Numbered from the stretch's first letter, positions 12,185-25,796 are shown. The stretch: DNA of 64,000 nt from Eledone cirrhosa (GCA_964016885.1 OZ024746.1:98394001-98458000), one strand, 5' to 3'. Notes: a model not told the origin generated them from the sequence alone. Made by a program: numbers and translations.

Positions 12185-12832
12185 GTCCCGTAACTCCTGA
12201 TAGAGACGTAGGGGGTGCCGTATTATCATACGGTGTTTCTTGGACATTTAAGCCTGGCGAAGCCATCCCTCTCCAGGCCTGAGTACAGCAGATTTCTTCC
12301 AGGAAAGGTTAGGAAGTGACAGAGAGGAAGTGAGAAAGAAAGACAGAGGAAGAATCCACCCCAGGACTTGACTGATACTCTTTTTATCGACCTCGAAAGG
12401 ATGACAGGCAAAGTTGACCTCTGCAGGATTTGAACTCAGAGAGCAGAGAGCTGGAACAAATAGCATAAAGCATTCTATCTGACGTTCTAACCACTCTACC
12501 ATTCTATCTGACGTTCTAACCACTCTACCATTCTATCTGACGTTCTAACCACTCTACCATTCTATCTGACGTTCTAACCACTCTACCATTCTATCTGACG
12601 TTCTAACCACTCTACCATTCTATCTGACGTTCTAACCACTCTACCATTCTATCTGACGTTCTAACCACTCTACCATTCTATCTGACGTTCTAACCACTCT
12701 ACCATTCTATCTGACGTTCTAACCACTCTACCATTCTATCCGACGTTCTAACGACTCTACCATTCTATCTGACGTTCTAACGACTCTACCATTCTATCTG
12801 ACGTTCTAACCACTCTGCCAAGTCGTCGCCTG
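12185..12832 (-). mobile_element. Second SINE subfamily (same core, longer different tail) with amplified head
   Basis: Near-identical tail at 22466-22792 and partial at 61345-61573; B-box GAGTTCAAATCC. Confidence 0.85.
12471..12820. repeat. 29-bp tandem repeat, about 12 copies, from the SINE A-box region
   Basis: Unit CATTCTATCTGACGTTCTAACCACTCTAC. Confidence 0.95.
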
Positions 12833-12974
12833 TTCTTACAATAGAGACAGTAAAATTATGTGTTATCAGAATACATTCGTATTTGTTAGTTTTTTAGTTT
12901 TAATATAGTGTCAACACAGGTAAATACAACACAGGTAAATACAAATGAATAAATAAGTAAATAAGTGTTGATGT

Positions 12975-13275
12975 TCTCTATGCCACCCCGCGTTTCCATC
13001 TCGCGTGACTCACACCTGCGGGTAACTCTCTCTGCCACCCCGCGTTTCCCAGGAGGATAGTGAGGGTGGCGCGTTGGAAGAGCCATTCGAGCTCGCGTGG
13101 ATCACACCTGCGGGTAGCTCTCTCTGCCACCCCACGTTTCCCAGGAGGATAGTGAGGGTGGCGCGTTGGAAGAGCCATTCGAGCTCGCGTGGATCACACG
13201 TGCGGGTAGCCAACTCTGTGTGAATGGTTGTGTGTAGGGAGGTGGTCCTAGGGCTAAAGACACCAGAAGTCCCCC
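12975..13275 (-). mobile_element. CRE-type LINE 3' fragment with 92-bp tandem duplication (about 2.5 copies)
   Basis: Encodes RRCDPRELEWLFQRATLTILLGN, homologous to 62559-63167; period 92 at 13001,13093,13185. Confidence 0.8.
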
Positions 13276-13539
13276 TATAGAGTGAAATATGCTACTAGTA
13301 TTAGCAGTAAGGGTAGGGAGAGCAGACAAAGAGAGTGAAGAAGAATACAGGTTGTTCAACCAATGTGATCCCTAGAGATCGTATCACTTTCAGAAAGTGC
13401 TGTGAAATATGTGAGAAATAGAAATAAAAGAAGAAAAAAAGATAAATTATATGGTAATTCCTGGGTCTTCCACTCCCTGTAAATTCATTGTATCTATCGC
13501 TGTCTTGTCAAGTGCGTGTGTGCATTGATGTTCTCTCTC

Positions 13540-14500
13540 ACTCTCACTCACTGGCCCTGTCTCTCTTGCTCTCTCCACCTCTCTCTTTCACTCACTGCCA
13601 CCGACTCTCCCGTTTTCACCATCTCTCACTATTATAAGGAAACGGGAGCCCACACGCTGGCCACCCCACGGTCCCGGCCAACAGAATAAAGAAGATGTTT
13701 ACTGGAGGAACCATTCCAGCTCGTGAGGTTCACACCTGCGGGTAGCCAACTCCGTGCTGATGGTGGTGAGTAGGGAGGTGGTCCTAGGGCCAAGGACGCC
13801 AGAAGTCTCCACTGCTACGGGGTGGTGATGGGGGTGAGTAGGGAGGTGGTCCTAGGACCAAGGACACCAGAAGTCTCACTGCTACGGGGTGCTGATGGTG
13901 GTGAGTAGGAAGGTGGTCCTAGGGCGAAGAACAGCAGAAGTCTCTACTGCTACGGGGGTGCCGATGGTGGTGAGTAGGGAGGTAGTCCTAGGGCCAAGGA
14001 CACCAGAAGTCTCCACTGCTACGGGGGTGCCGATGGTGGTGAGTAGGGAGGTGGTCCTAGGGCCAAGGACAGCAGAAGTCTCTACTGCTACGGGGGTGCT
14101 GATGGTGGTGAGTAGGAAGGTGGTCCTAGGGCGAAGAACAGCAGAAGTCTCCACTGCTACGGGGATGCTGATGGTGGTGAGTAGGGAGGTAGTCCTAGGG
14201 CCAAGGACGCCAGAAGTCTCCACTGCTACGGGGGTGCCGATGGTGGTGAGTAGGGAGGTGGTCCTAGGGCCAAGGACAGCAGAAGTCTCTACTGCTACGG
14301 GGGTGCTGATGGTGGTGAGTAGGGAGGTAGTCCTAGGGCCAAGGACAGCAGAAGTCTCTACTGCTACGGAGTGCCAATGGTGGTGAGTAGGGAGGTAGTC
14401 CTAGGGCCAAGGACGCCAGAAGTCTCCACTGTTACAGGCTCGACCACAAACCTGTCGCAGAGAGACCGATACTTGGAGAGTTTACCCTCCTCGGCCGAAG
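13540..14500 (-). mobile_element. CRE-type LINE 3' fragment containing a 69-bp minisatellite
   Basis: Encodes AEEGKLSKYRSLCDRFVVEPVTVETSGVLGPRTTSLLTTI, matching the RLE region at 62900-63050. Confidence 0.8.
13755..14433. repeat. 69-bp (23-codon) tandem repeat, about 10 copies
   Basis: Period 69 (13947,14016,14085...); variant unit AGGAAGG..GGCGAAGAAC recurs 207 bp apart. Confidence 0.95.
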
Positions 14501-14606
14501 TGCAGAGGGAGAGGCGATGGAAGAGACATTCCAACTCATGAGGGTAGCCAACTCCCTTAATATTTAGTTTTAATTTAACTAAATCCTGTCTTATTCTATA
14601 AATATC

Positions 14607-14713
14607 TGAGATTCTACAGGACTAGAACTGTTTCATTCTTTAGAAATCATCAGGAATCTCTGATTCCTGATGATTTCTAAAGAATGAAACAGTTCTAATC
14701 CTGTAGAATCTCA
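14607..14713. ncRNA. Palindromic pair of type I hammerheads (one on each strand)
   Basis: 52-bp arms with 1 mismatch, 3-nt spacer; GATTC-CTGATGA(14667)-TTTCTAAAGAAT-GAAA(14686)-CAG..CTG-TA-GAATC. Confidence 0.8.
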
Positions 14714-14715
14714 TC

Positions 14716-14757
<42 letters not shown>

Positions 14758-14820
14758 TGGTCGTTTTCGAATCTTCAACAATGTAGATGGGTAAATCTCC
14801 GGGTAACAGAATTAGGTGGT

Positions 14821-14887
<67 letters not shown>

Positions 14888-15130
14888 TAAGAAGAAATGT
14901 CGAATGAGACGTGTAGGGTGTAGAGGAACGGAGGAAAAGTGTAAAAATAATAACACGAGATAGAGTTACCTTGGAAGTGATTTAATTGTCCCTATATTCC
15001 ATCCATCAACTGGGGGTTTTCCGGGGGGGGGTTTAGTCGGAGAGGAACAACACGTGGCCTCTGTTGTTTACCGTGTGCGTACCACAATGCTTCAAGCAAA
15101 CTTCAATACTATCTTATATATATGTGTGTG

Positions 15131-15175
<45 letters not shown>

Positions 15176-15286
15176 GTGTGTGTGTGTGTAAGTATGTGAA
15201 TTTTGTGTATCTAATAATATACGGTATGCTTACGAATAAATATCTGGAAAGCAATGAATATTGAAAATGAGAAGCAGCAGGGGATA

Positions 15287-15327
15287 ACTGCCAACGGGTT
15301 TCTGGTTCAAGCCGTCATCAGGACAAT
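15287..15327 (-). ncRNA. Minimal type I hammerhead
   Basis: Minus strand ATTGTC-CTGATGA-CGGCTTGAACCA-GAAAC-CC-GTT-GGCAGT; weak stem II. Confidence 0.6.
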
Positions 15328-15444
15328 GCTTCCACCGCCCTGCTCTTTGCTGAAATATATATATATTATTGTCCTTGCTCTTTCCTCTTGTCATTTAATC
15401 TTCCATACATTGTAGGCCTTCTAAATATTTAGACTTAAGTTTTC

Positions 15445-15498
<54 letters not shown>

Positions 15499-16035
15499 AT
15501 GGAGACATTCATACATATTCACGTTGTCATTGGTCTCTCTATGTCTGTAAATATATCTAAATTTCTCCTTGTTTCGATATCAAAGGGTATACGTTAGTAT
15601 CTATTTATTAGAGTTCCTGTCCAACGTTACACTATAAACATATCAAAATGATATTGATTGCAATGCTTATCAGAGAAGAGATTTGGTGGTCAACAAAGAA
15701 ATATAAAAAGTTATATTATCATATTCCCTATTGGAATTATAATCTTTCGTAGGTTTTACTACTACCAAAATATTATTACTCTTACGACGCATAAGCCGGT
15801 CTCTTTGGGTTTACTTGCGCCATATTTCTGATGATAAAAATCTACCAAGGCACCAGCTCTCTCAATGCCTCTTTTGTTAAGTATATTGTTGTTGTTTTTT
15901 TTCCAGAATATCCACAAGTTATCCAAGAAACAATATTAAAAGTTATTCTACTATTCATTTCAGTTATATGACTGAGTAGTTTGATGCGGAAAAGATCGTT
16001 GTATCGGACCAAGGAAACGGTGTTTTACATCAGTG

Positions 16036-16125
16036 GCGATGTATTTGTTTTGCAAGGTTTTAGTAACAATATCTGTTTCAACACACGATTTCATATTAAA
16101 AGGTTTGCAAAACAAATACATCGCT
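16036..16125. repeat. Short inverted repeat; arm reiterated at 16257-16320 and 17275-17320
   Basis: GCGATGTATTTGTTTTGCAA ... TTGCAAAACAAATACATCGC. Confidence 0.75.
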
Positions 16126-16419
16126 GCTACAGCACAGGCAAAGCTAACCTCAGCGAGATTCGAAGGCAAAACGTAAAGAGCAGTAACTCTATGCTGCAAG
16201 GCATGTCCAACGTTCTACCGATAATGCCAATCCACCACCCTCCCTCCCAAAATATAAAATCTGTTTCAACACACGATTTCATATCCAAAACCTTGCAAAA
16301 TAAATACATTGCTGCCACAGCAAAGGTTTGTGCCCAGCCAGTAGGGTACTGAAAGACACTGTTTTAAAACGAAACCAAACAGTGAGTGTGTTTTACTAAT
16401 TTTTTTCCTGACAACATTA

Positions 16420-16500
<81 letters not shown>

Positions 16501-16860
16501 GGTGCCGTGAGAAAAGTTACACGCAAAGACGTATTATCTTCGTTTTTTTCCGTTCATTGCCAGAGAACGTCTCTATGAACCACCTAATAGAATATTAGTC
16601 TACGACTTCATTTATACCATAAACGTGGTTTTGTCTTTGCGTGTAATTGTTTTCACTGCATCACTGCACCAAATAATAATGTACTATCTTCGTTTTTGTT
16701 TTCCGTTCTTCGCCAGGGAACGTTTCCACGAACCAAAGTATATATATATGTATATATATATATATGTGTGTGTGTAAAAGGTAAACAGAAATAACAACAC
16801 AATCGGTACAGTATATGGAAGGTATATATTAGGTTAACGCTTGAAATAGCAGGAAGAGGG

Positions 16861-16897
16861 TTTTAACGTTTCGGACGCTAGTCCTTCATCAGAAGAA
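16861..16897 (-). ncRNA. Minimal PLE-type hammerhead
   Basis: Minus strand CTGATGA-A-GGAC-tagc-GTCC-GAAACGTT; palindromic AACGTT; stem I weak. Confidence 0.65.
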
Positions 16898-17133
16898 AGA
16901 ATGAGAAATAAAATAGATTAAGGGGACGGGTTGGATGGAATTGGAAAAAATGTCTTTAGGTAAAAATAACTGGTCCATTCATGTTGACATCTGCTGCAAA
17001 ACTGTTGGTGCTGGCGTTTTGTGTATGATTTGTTTTTTTAGAAAAGTGGATGATGGCAGGCGTCTACCAGAAATAAAAAAAAAAACGTTTTTTAAAAAGA
17101 GCTATACTTGTGCATAAGCATGTGTGTGTGTGT

Positions 17134-17237
<104 letters not shown>

Positions 17238-17325
17238 ATAGGTCCGTACGAAGCTAAGAAGAAATGTGTGTGTATATTTGTTTTGCAAGGTTTTTGCTAT
17301 GAAATCCTGTGTTGAAACAAATATT

Positions 17326-17368
<43 letters not shown>

Positions 17369-17619
17369 TTCTTGTCTCTGTCTCTGTTTCCGTATGCGTT
17401 TGCATGTGTGTTTCCTGTTTGGTGTGTGTGTTCGTGTTTGAGTGTATGTGTTTTTGTATTCTATCTTTGTATACAAGTGTGTGTTTATATGTGTTTTTTT
17501 ATCGTACTTGTGTATATATTTATTTATTTATTTATATTTCCCTTGGGTCAGAGACTAGAATAAATAAATAAATAAATAAAAATGGCGTAGGCATTACAAT
17601 ACAACGGGAGGAAACATAA

Positions 17620-17850
17620 TAGTATCACAGATGTGTGACGAAAGAACTTTGATAGACTATATATATATATATACATTTATATCTGTATTTATAACCGTTG
17701 GTCAATCAATGATAAACATTGATTGCCAAATAAATTAACTATGGAGATATAAAAGATACAGAAGCAAAAACCAACCCAAACCAAACAGTGAGTTCTATTA
17801 TTACTTCTGGCAATATTATAACAATATGACCCTCCCGAAATATAACAATA
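17620..17850 (+). repeat. Unclassified interspersed repeat; copies at 18643-18757 (inverted), 31640-31800 and 16370-16420
   Basis: Shared TTGGTCAATCAATGATAAACA...AAAACCAACCCAAACCAAACAGTGAG. Confidence 0.7.
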
Positions 17851-17990
17851 TCTATATATATAAAACTGAGCATATCTGTCTGTGTGAGTGTGAGTTTGAA
17901 TCCCTAAACCTCGAGAAGTACTCAACCGACTGTTTTCAAACTTTACACATGTAATACTTATGTTTCAGGGAGTGTTGGCGGGTGCCTAGC
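17850..17990 (+). mobile_element. Possible non-autonomous Helitron-like 5' end (similar start at 19884)
   Basis: TCTATATATATAAAA followed by a TGTC-type microsatellite; no 3' hairpin/CTAG confirmed. Confidence 0.35.
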
Positions 17991-18341
17991 TATACGATTA
18001 ACACTTCTATAAATAATATGTCAGATAACTAAGAAAACACGCATGGTACAGAGGAAATACATGTACGTGTTATAGCCCATGGTGGTGTGAATAGACCAAA
18101 AGACCGCTAAAAAGAGTAGCTCAGAACCATTCAACTTTAGAAGGTCTACTTACATATAGAAATGAAATAGGAGCTAAAATATCAAATTAATTAACGGAGT
18201 TAAAAACTCACATTAATCCCCTATAATTTAGGGAGCCCAAGGAATATATATTCCGGGTTCTTTATAAATCAACATATAGGGAGAAGTATACATAGAGATA
18301 TGTTCAAACATAAGGGATCATAAACTACCAGTGACGAACAT

Positions 18342-18417
<76 letters not shown>

Positions 18418-18514
18418 AGTCGATCGACTTCCGTCAAATCGGACCGAGGTAACAATGTCTCCATTGGTCTTTCGAATTGCTAATACTATCTATCGGTCGC
18501 AACTCCAGGTAGAA

Positions 18515-18633
18515 GGAGCAACGTGAAATAAAGTGCCTTGCCCAAAGACATAAAGCATCAACCTGTCCGGGAATCGAACTCACAACCTCACGACTGCGAA
18601 TCCAGTTCTCTAAACACTCAACAACGTACCTTC
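18515..18633 (-). mobile_element. Degenerate tRNA/CORE-type SINE
   Basis: Minus strand B-box GAGTTCGATTCCC followed by CTTTGGGCAAGGCACTTTATTTCAC. Confidence 0.6.
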
Positions 18634-19212
18634 ACCACATAGGTTGGTTTTCACTTCAGTATATTTTATATTTCTATAATTAATTCATCTGGCAATCACT
18701 GTTTATCCTTGATTGACCAACAGTTAAAAATTCTTTCGTCACACACCTGTGACATCATTATGGTTATAATACTAATACTTAGATATAGTAGCTAGGCACA
18801 AGGCCAGCAATTTTGCGACAGAGGAATCCGCCACCGTATCATAGTAGTTAATGATATTGTTAATCCTTTAGTATTTAAACCGGCCATATCCGGCCAGAAT
18901 TCATCACTTTTCTCTGTTCAAACCGGCTGTACCTGGCCTCGCATACTGACGTTAAGGTATTGTTCTCAAAATAAATAACATCAAAATCTCGTAGCTTCGA
19001 TATTATGGGAGATAATATAAATACTAATGGGTTAATCAAAGTCCAGTAGAATACAGGACGTGATCTATAGCAGGCTGCTATACTATTTATATAGAATAGC
19101 TATAACAATTGGGAGACGCAGCTGGTAGAGTATACAGTACATGATAGTCATATATATGTGTGTATGTATGTGTGTGTGTGCGTGAGTATGTATATTATGT
19201 GTATGTATATTG

Positions 19213-19261
<49 letters not shown>

Positions 19262-19297
19262 ATAATAATAAATCTTTGCCTGTTATTTTAATAAATA

Positions 19298-19334
<37 letters not shown>

Positions 19335-19354
19335 ATATGTATATATATATATAT

Positions 19355-19436
<82 letters not shown>

Positions 19437-19459
19437 TATATATCTATATATATATATAA

Positions 19460-19542
<83 letters not shown>

Positions 19543-19560
19543 ATATGTATATATATATAT

Positions 19561-19618
<58 letters not shown>

Positions 19619-19641
19619 TATATATCTATATATATATATAA

Positions 19642-19716
<75 letters not shown>

Positions 19717-20183
19717 TATTTCATATCATTTATCAGCTGCATCCTCCAAAACATTCAACAATTTGTTAATATTTTATGTTGAACATATATCATATTCCTA
19801 TATGAACTATAAATTGTAAACCTCTTTCTCGCCACCGAAAAGTCGATGATATCAACCAAACCAAGCGAATTAATAGATGTCTATCTATCTATATAATACT
19901 AAAAGTCTGAGATTGCTTGCTTGTTTGTCTGTAATGTAATATCTCCAAAAGGGCGCATAATGGGAAAATACTTTGAAAGGAAGTTGCCCCTGAAATGGGA
20001 ATACAAATGGAATAAAGCAAGTTTCGCGTAAATCGGATCACGGGTTCCCGAGATACAGGGTTTTCTGGGTACCTTCATAAACAGAGAAAGAGAGAAGGAT
20101 AGAGAGAAAGAGATAGTGGTTGTGAGAGAGTAGATTGAAAGAGAGCCATAGAGAGAGGGAGAGGAGACAACTGGTGGTGTTGT

Positions 20184-20247
<64 letters not shown>

Positions 20248-20328
20248 AGTGTGTGTGTGTATATGTGTATTTATATGTGTCGGTGCGTCTATGACCAGTG
20301 TATATAGATCACAGACACCCACATATAT

Positions 20329-20360
<32 letters not shown>

Positions 20361-20442
20361 GTATACAAACACACACATTTATATATATACATACACACAC
20401 GTATATATATGGGCCTTCCAGTTTCATTTCACGGGTGGTCTA

Positions 20443-21028
<586 letters not shown>

Positions 21029-21032
21029 TATA

Positions 21033-21212
21033 GGTGAATTGGCAGTGTCGGTAGAGGGTTGGACGCCATGCTTTCTAACATAGTTACGTCCCTTTACGAT
21101 CTGAGTTCAAATCCCGCCGAGGTTAACTTTGCCTTTCATCCTTACGGGGTCGATAAAATAAAGTACTAGTAATGTACTGGGTAATTGCTGGCCTTGTGCC
21201 TAAAGTAGAAAC

Positions 21213-21216
<4 letters not shown>
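21033..21216 (+). mobile_element. Main-family SINE, full length
   Basis: A-box TGGCAGTGTCGG, B-box GAGTTCAAATCC, core and tail. Confidence 0.9.
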
Positions 21217-21246
<30 letters not shown>

Positions 21247-21507
21247 AGCATTGTGAAATATATAATTAGAATTGTTTGAAGGAAAGCCAGTACAATGTGA
21301 GTTAGAAATAAAGGCGTGAAAACAAAGCAAAACAACAGTTTGCAGTTTTATAATATATTTCATGATATTTCGGGAGCAGACAACTCATCAAAATAGAGAA
21401 AATGAAATGTATTGGTGATAATGAACCGAGTTTCTCAAATATTAGTTGCGAATCAATCGTTCTTTCCCTTCTTTCATTTTAATGCTGATTCTGTTTAGTA
21501 AGAGGAA

Positions 21508-22190
21508 ATAATTGTTTCTACTTTAGGCACAAGGCCAGCTTTTATCCAGTGCATTACTGGTATTTTATTTTATCGACCCCGTAAGGATGAAAGGCAAAGT
21601 TAAGCTCGAATAATGATTTCTGATTTCGTATAAGCCCAACAATTTTGTGGGAGAGGAAAGTCGATTTAATCGAAACCAGTGTATTACTGGTACTTTATTT
21701 TATCGACCTGGTAAGGGTGAAAGGAAAAGCTAACCTCGGCGGGATTTGAAATCAGAATGCAAAGGGACGTAACTCTATACTGCAAAGTATAGTCTCTTCA
21801 AAAGTAATTTTGAAAATAATTGTTTCTACTTTAGACACAAGGCGGAATGTCGATTAAATCGACCCCAGTGCATTACTGGTGCTTTATTTATCAATCACCT
21901 CGTAAGGATGAAAAGCAAAGCTAATCTCGGTGGGATATTAACTCAGACCGTAAAGTGCCGTAACTCTGTACTGCAAAGCATGATGTCCGATGCTCTACTG
22001 ATTCTGCCAATCCACCGCCCTAGTAGTAGTAATAATTGTTTCTACTTTTGGAACAAGGCCAGCAATTACAAGTACATTACTGGTTCTTCATTTTATCGAC
22101 CCCGTAAGGATGAAAGGCAAAGTTAATCTCGCGAAATTTGAACTCAGAACGTAAAGGGCCACAACTCTACGTAAAGGGCGACGCTCTAAT
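21508..22190 (-). mobile_element. Head-to-tail cluster of four main-family SINEs
   Basis: Tails AATAATTGTTTCTAC.. at about 21508,21611,21817,22031, each followed by the core. Confidence 0.85.
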
Positions 22191-22465
22191 AATGATGATA
22201 AACATTGGCAAAGTGTAAGAATTTATAAAAATATATAATCGATTTAATACAATTAACCCAATACCATTCGGCTCTAATATTCAGAATATAAAAGCATATA
22301 ACCAAATACCACGTGGTATTTTCTCTTGTGCTCTCCTGTTTTCCTTAACCACCGTCCTAATTCCAGAAACCACTAAAGATTAAATGGATATTTCGTTCAT
22401 TTATTTCAGACTTTTTCTTCGAGAACATTAGACTTTAAATTATTATGTATGGTATGATATAGTAT

Positions 22466-22792
22466 AGACCCGTAACTCCTGATAGAGTCGTAGGGGCGCC
22501 ATATTGTCATACAGCGTTTCTTGGACATTTTCAGCCTGGCAGAGCCAATCCCTCTCCAGACCTGAGTACAGTAGGTTTCTTCCAGAGAAAGATAGAAAGT
22601 GAGAGAGAAAAAATAAGAAAGAGATATAGAGGAAGAATCGACCCCAGTACTAGACTGGTACTTTTTTTATTGACCTCGATATGATGAAAGGCAAAGTTGA
22701 CCTCGGCGTGATTTGAACTCAGAGCAGAGAGCTGGCCGAATAACATAAACTATTCTATCCGACGTTTTAACGACTCTGACAATTCACCGCCT
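22466..22792 (-). mobile_element. Second-subfamily SINE
   Basis: Homologous to 12185-12832 without the head amplification. Confidence 0.85.
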
Positions 22793-22964
22793 AAATTACT
22801 CTGTACTAACAATTATAGCGTTTAGATTTCTCAGAATTGATTTTCCGGTGAATAGATTTGAAATTACTAGCGTTTGAGAATTTTTATTGAAATGTTGTAT
22901 AACATGCAAACATGGTTTAGTAAATATCTTTAGTGAATACATTCATGCAAATATGAATACAAGC

Positions 22965-23579
22965 ATGATGGCTGCCCCCCCCCCCCCCTCGTCATCGAGT
23001 ATGGCCATTGCACGATATACCATTATTAATAATTAATTAATATCGTGCAATGTCTGTGCGTGAAGATATTTTTTAAAGTGACGAAGCACTGAGCCAATCC
23101 CACTCTCTGAGCGACAGTAGCTATAACTCGAAAAGAAGAAAAGATCAACATCATCGGTAACTACTGAGCCGCGGGTTTTATATCGGAGTTATCCCAGTTT
23201 CCTAAGTTGCCTTCTCCTAGAAGAATGCCCTGAGAAAGGCTAGGGGTCCTTCACTCCCAGTGGTTTAACCGCACGAATACATGCATACATACATAGATAC
23301 ATACATATATGATGGCTACTCCCTCGTTATCGAGTATGGCTATTGCACGATTTACCATTATTAATAATTATTAATTAATTCTATCGTGAAATGCCTGTGC
23401 ATGAAGATATTTTTTAAAGTGTGGAAAGATTGTGCACTGAACCAATCCCACTCTCTGAGCGACAGTAGCTATAACCCGAAAAAAAAAGATCAGGTTATAT
23501 ATCGGAGTTATCCCAGTTTCCTGAGTTGCCTTCTCCTAAAAGAATGCCCTGACAAAGGCTAGGGGTCCTTCACTCCCAG
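22965..23579 (-). mobile_element. Two tandem RTE-derived non-autonomous elements (family B)
   Basis: Copies 22965-23275 and 23310-23579, homologous to 28535-28888; RTE-like 3' hairpin CTCGATRACGAG and antisense 5'UTR-like TTGCCTTCTCCTAG..AAAGGCTAG; CATA spacers. Confidence 0.65.
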
Positions 23580-23614
23580 ACATACGTACATACATGCATT
23601 CATGCATACCTGTC

Positions 23615-25778
23615 TATCTAAAACAATAATATTTAATTTAAAAAAATACTAATAATGAAATATTACGTGTTATTGACGAAATAGGGGATGAATATTTTTG
23701 ACAAATCAACGCCTGTTTATATGCCTTAGCAACGACAGTGAAGCATTATCTTGGTGATAGTAGAGATATTAACAAGAACAAAACACCACCAAAAATACCA
23801 TCATATATAACTAAAATAGAAAAAAAGATTGCTGACCTACGAAAAACCATAGGATATGTGACAATGCTCCTTATATGCAAACAAACACAAAAAACTTCAC
23901 TCCTCACCAACAAAGAGTGAAAAATAAAATAGAGACGATGTTTGGTAACAGTAGAACCAGAACTCTTCAATATAAGCTGATCACCCTCAAACTGGAATTG
24001 AGAGCTGTTAGCGAAAAACGCCGATACCTGAAGAAGGTAGATGAAAGAAAAGTACTTAAAAAAAGATTCAGACGAAACCAAACATCAGTCTATAGAATAT
24101 GAGAGGCAAAATAATAAGTGTCACTGAGGCCCCATCCCAGAAAGATCGATTCCTTTTGGAGAAAAATATGGGGTGAAAAGAAGAATTTCATCCAAGATGC
24201 AGTGTGGCTAAAAGAAATCCAAAAGAACTATTGCTCCTACACTACAACAAATACATACGAAATAAGTGAGGGTACCTTTGAGACTGTGATAGGAAAACTC
24301 CAAGATAAGAAAACACCAGGAAGAGACATGATTGTCGGCTACTGGTACAAAAAACTGATATTCTATCGGAGGTATCTTACTGACCTCTACCAACAAGTTC
24401 TTAAGGGAGATACACTTATACCAGAATGGTTGACATTAGCACAAACATTACTGGTCCCCAAGAACAAAGACACCCACTTGGCAAAAAATTACCGACCCGT
24501 TGCATGCCAGAACCTGATGTATAAGACGTATACAGCCGGCCTAAACCTATTCCTCCAAGATCACTGTGAAAATAATAACATCATCACAGATGAACAAGCA
24601 GCTGGAAAGAAAGGGGTTTGGGGATGTGCTGAACAACTCCTAATCAACAAAACTGCGATGTCGGAGGTGCGGCAACTCAGGAGGAATATGGCTACAGTCT
24701 GGCTGGATTACAGGAAAGCTTTTGATTCTGTTCCCCACTCTTGGATGATAGAGGCCCTCCGACTTGCTAAAGTCCCAGACATTATTATCAGAGCCATAGA
24801 GAGGCTGTCTTCTTCTTGGGCTACTATCCTAAGGTTAAAGACAGAGAGGGAGGACTCTATTTTCACTGATAAAATAAAATATCGCAGGGGTATATTTCAG
24901 GGGGACAGTCTCTCTGTGATATTGTTCATCTTGTCATTAAACCCCTTGGCCTTTCTGCTCAAGAAATGTGAGTGATACATCATTGACTCGCAGGAGGATA
25001 GAAATACGAACCTAACCCATAATTTCTTTGTGGATGATCTGAAACTCTATGCCAAGAACATAGATGGGATGAAGAAAAATCTTGACCTGGTTACACCATT
25101 CTCAAAGGATGTAGGAATGGAGTTTGGCCAAGATAAATGCTCATATATGACTGTAAAGCGGGGAAAAGCAACAACCCAATCTAGCAAAATGTGTATCAAT
25201 GGCCTAACTGTTTCACCAATATCTGATGAGGACTGCTACAGATACCTGGGGATAGATGAGAATATATCCCATAATGGGGAACGCGTAATCAGGGAATACT
25301 ACACCCGATTAAGAAAGATCTGGTCATCGGAACTCTCTGCGCAAAACAAAACAGTGGCTCACAATGTGTTTGCTGTCCTAACACCAACATTTGGAATACT
25401 CAATTGGAGGATAGACGGAATCCGAGCAGTTCATGTTGGAACTCCAAAAATACTAAACAGCACCGGAAACCTCCACATCAACAGTGACATAGACCGCCTT
25501 TACTTGAAACGTAAGCAGGGAGGCAGAGGCCTAACATCAGTCCAGACTGCATTTGAATGTCGCATCATATCCCTCCGACAACATCTACGAACATCGAAGC
25601 GTAGGAGCCCGTCTCTCGAGCAAGTTTATCTGCATGAAACAGATAAGATCATGAGTTTGGAAGGAACTCCTCGAGAGATATTCCCTGTGTGATAATCAAA
25701 AACTCACACCCAGGGAAGTCGCTCATCAGTATCGCAGTGAATCCATGGAGGAAAAACTGTATGCTTAACAGCAAAAAG
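23615..25778 (+). mobile_element. R4/Dong-type LINE fragment (RT), paralogue of 47700-51224
   Basis: NYRPVACQN, WLDYRKAFDSVPHSW, GIFQGDSLS, FVDDLKLYA; stops and frameshifts. Confidence 0.9.
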
Positions 25779-25796
25779 TACTTATATTTTAGCTTG

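Noticed and set aside
13882-14386. Mucin-like repeat ORFs
   Set aside because: The unit is a piece of the CRE RLE coding region, and frameshifted units flank the ORFs
15820-15870. Isolated CTGATGA (also within LINE ORFs at about 25223 and 49627)
   Set aside because: No stem II, GAAA or stem I partner
21033-21120. tRNA genes at A/B-box motifs
   Set aside because: No cloverleaf could be built, and each continues into a SINE core and tail
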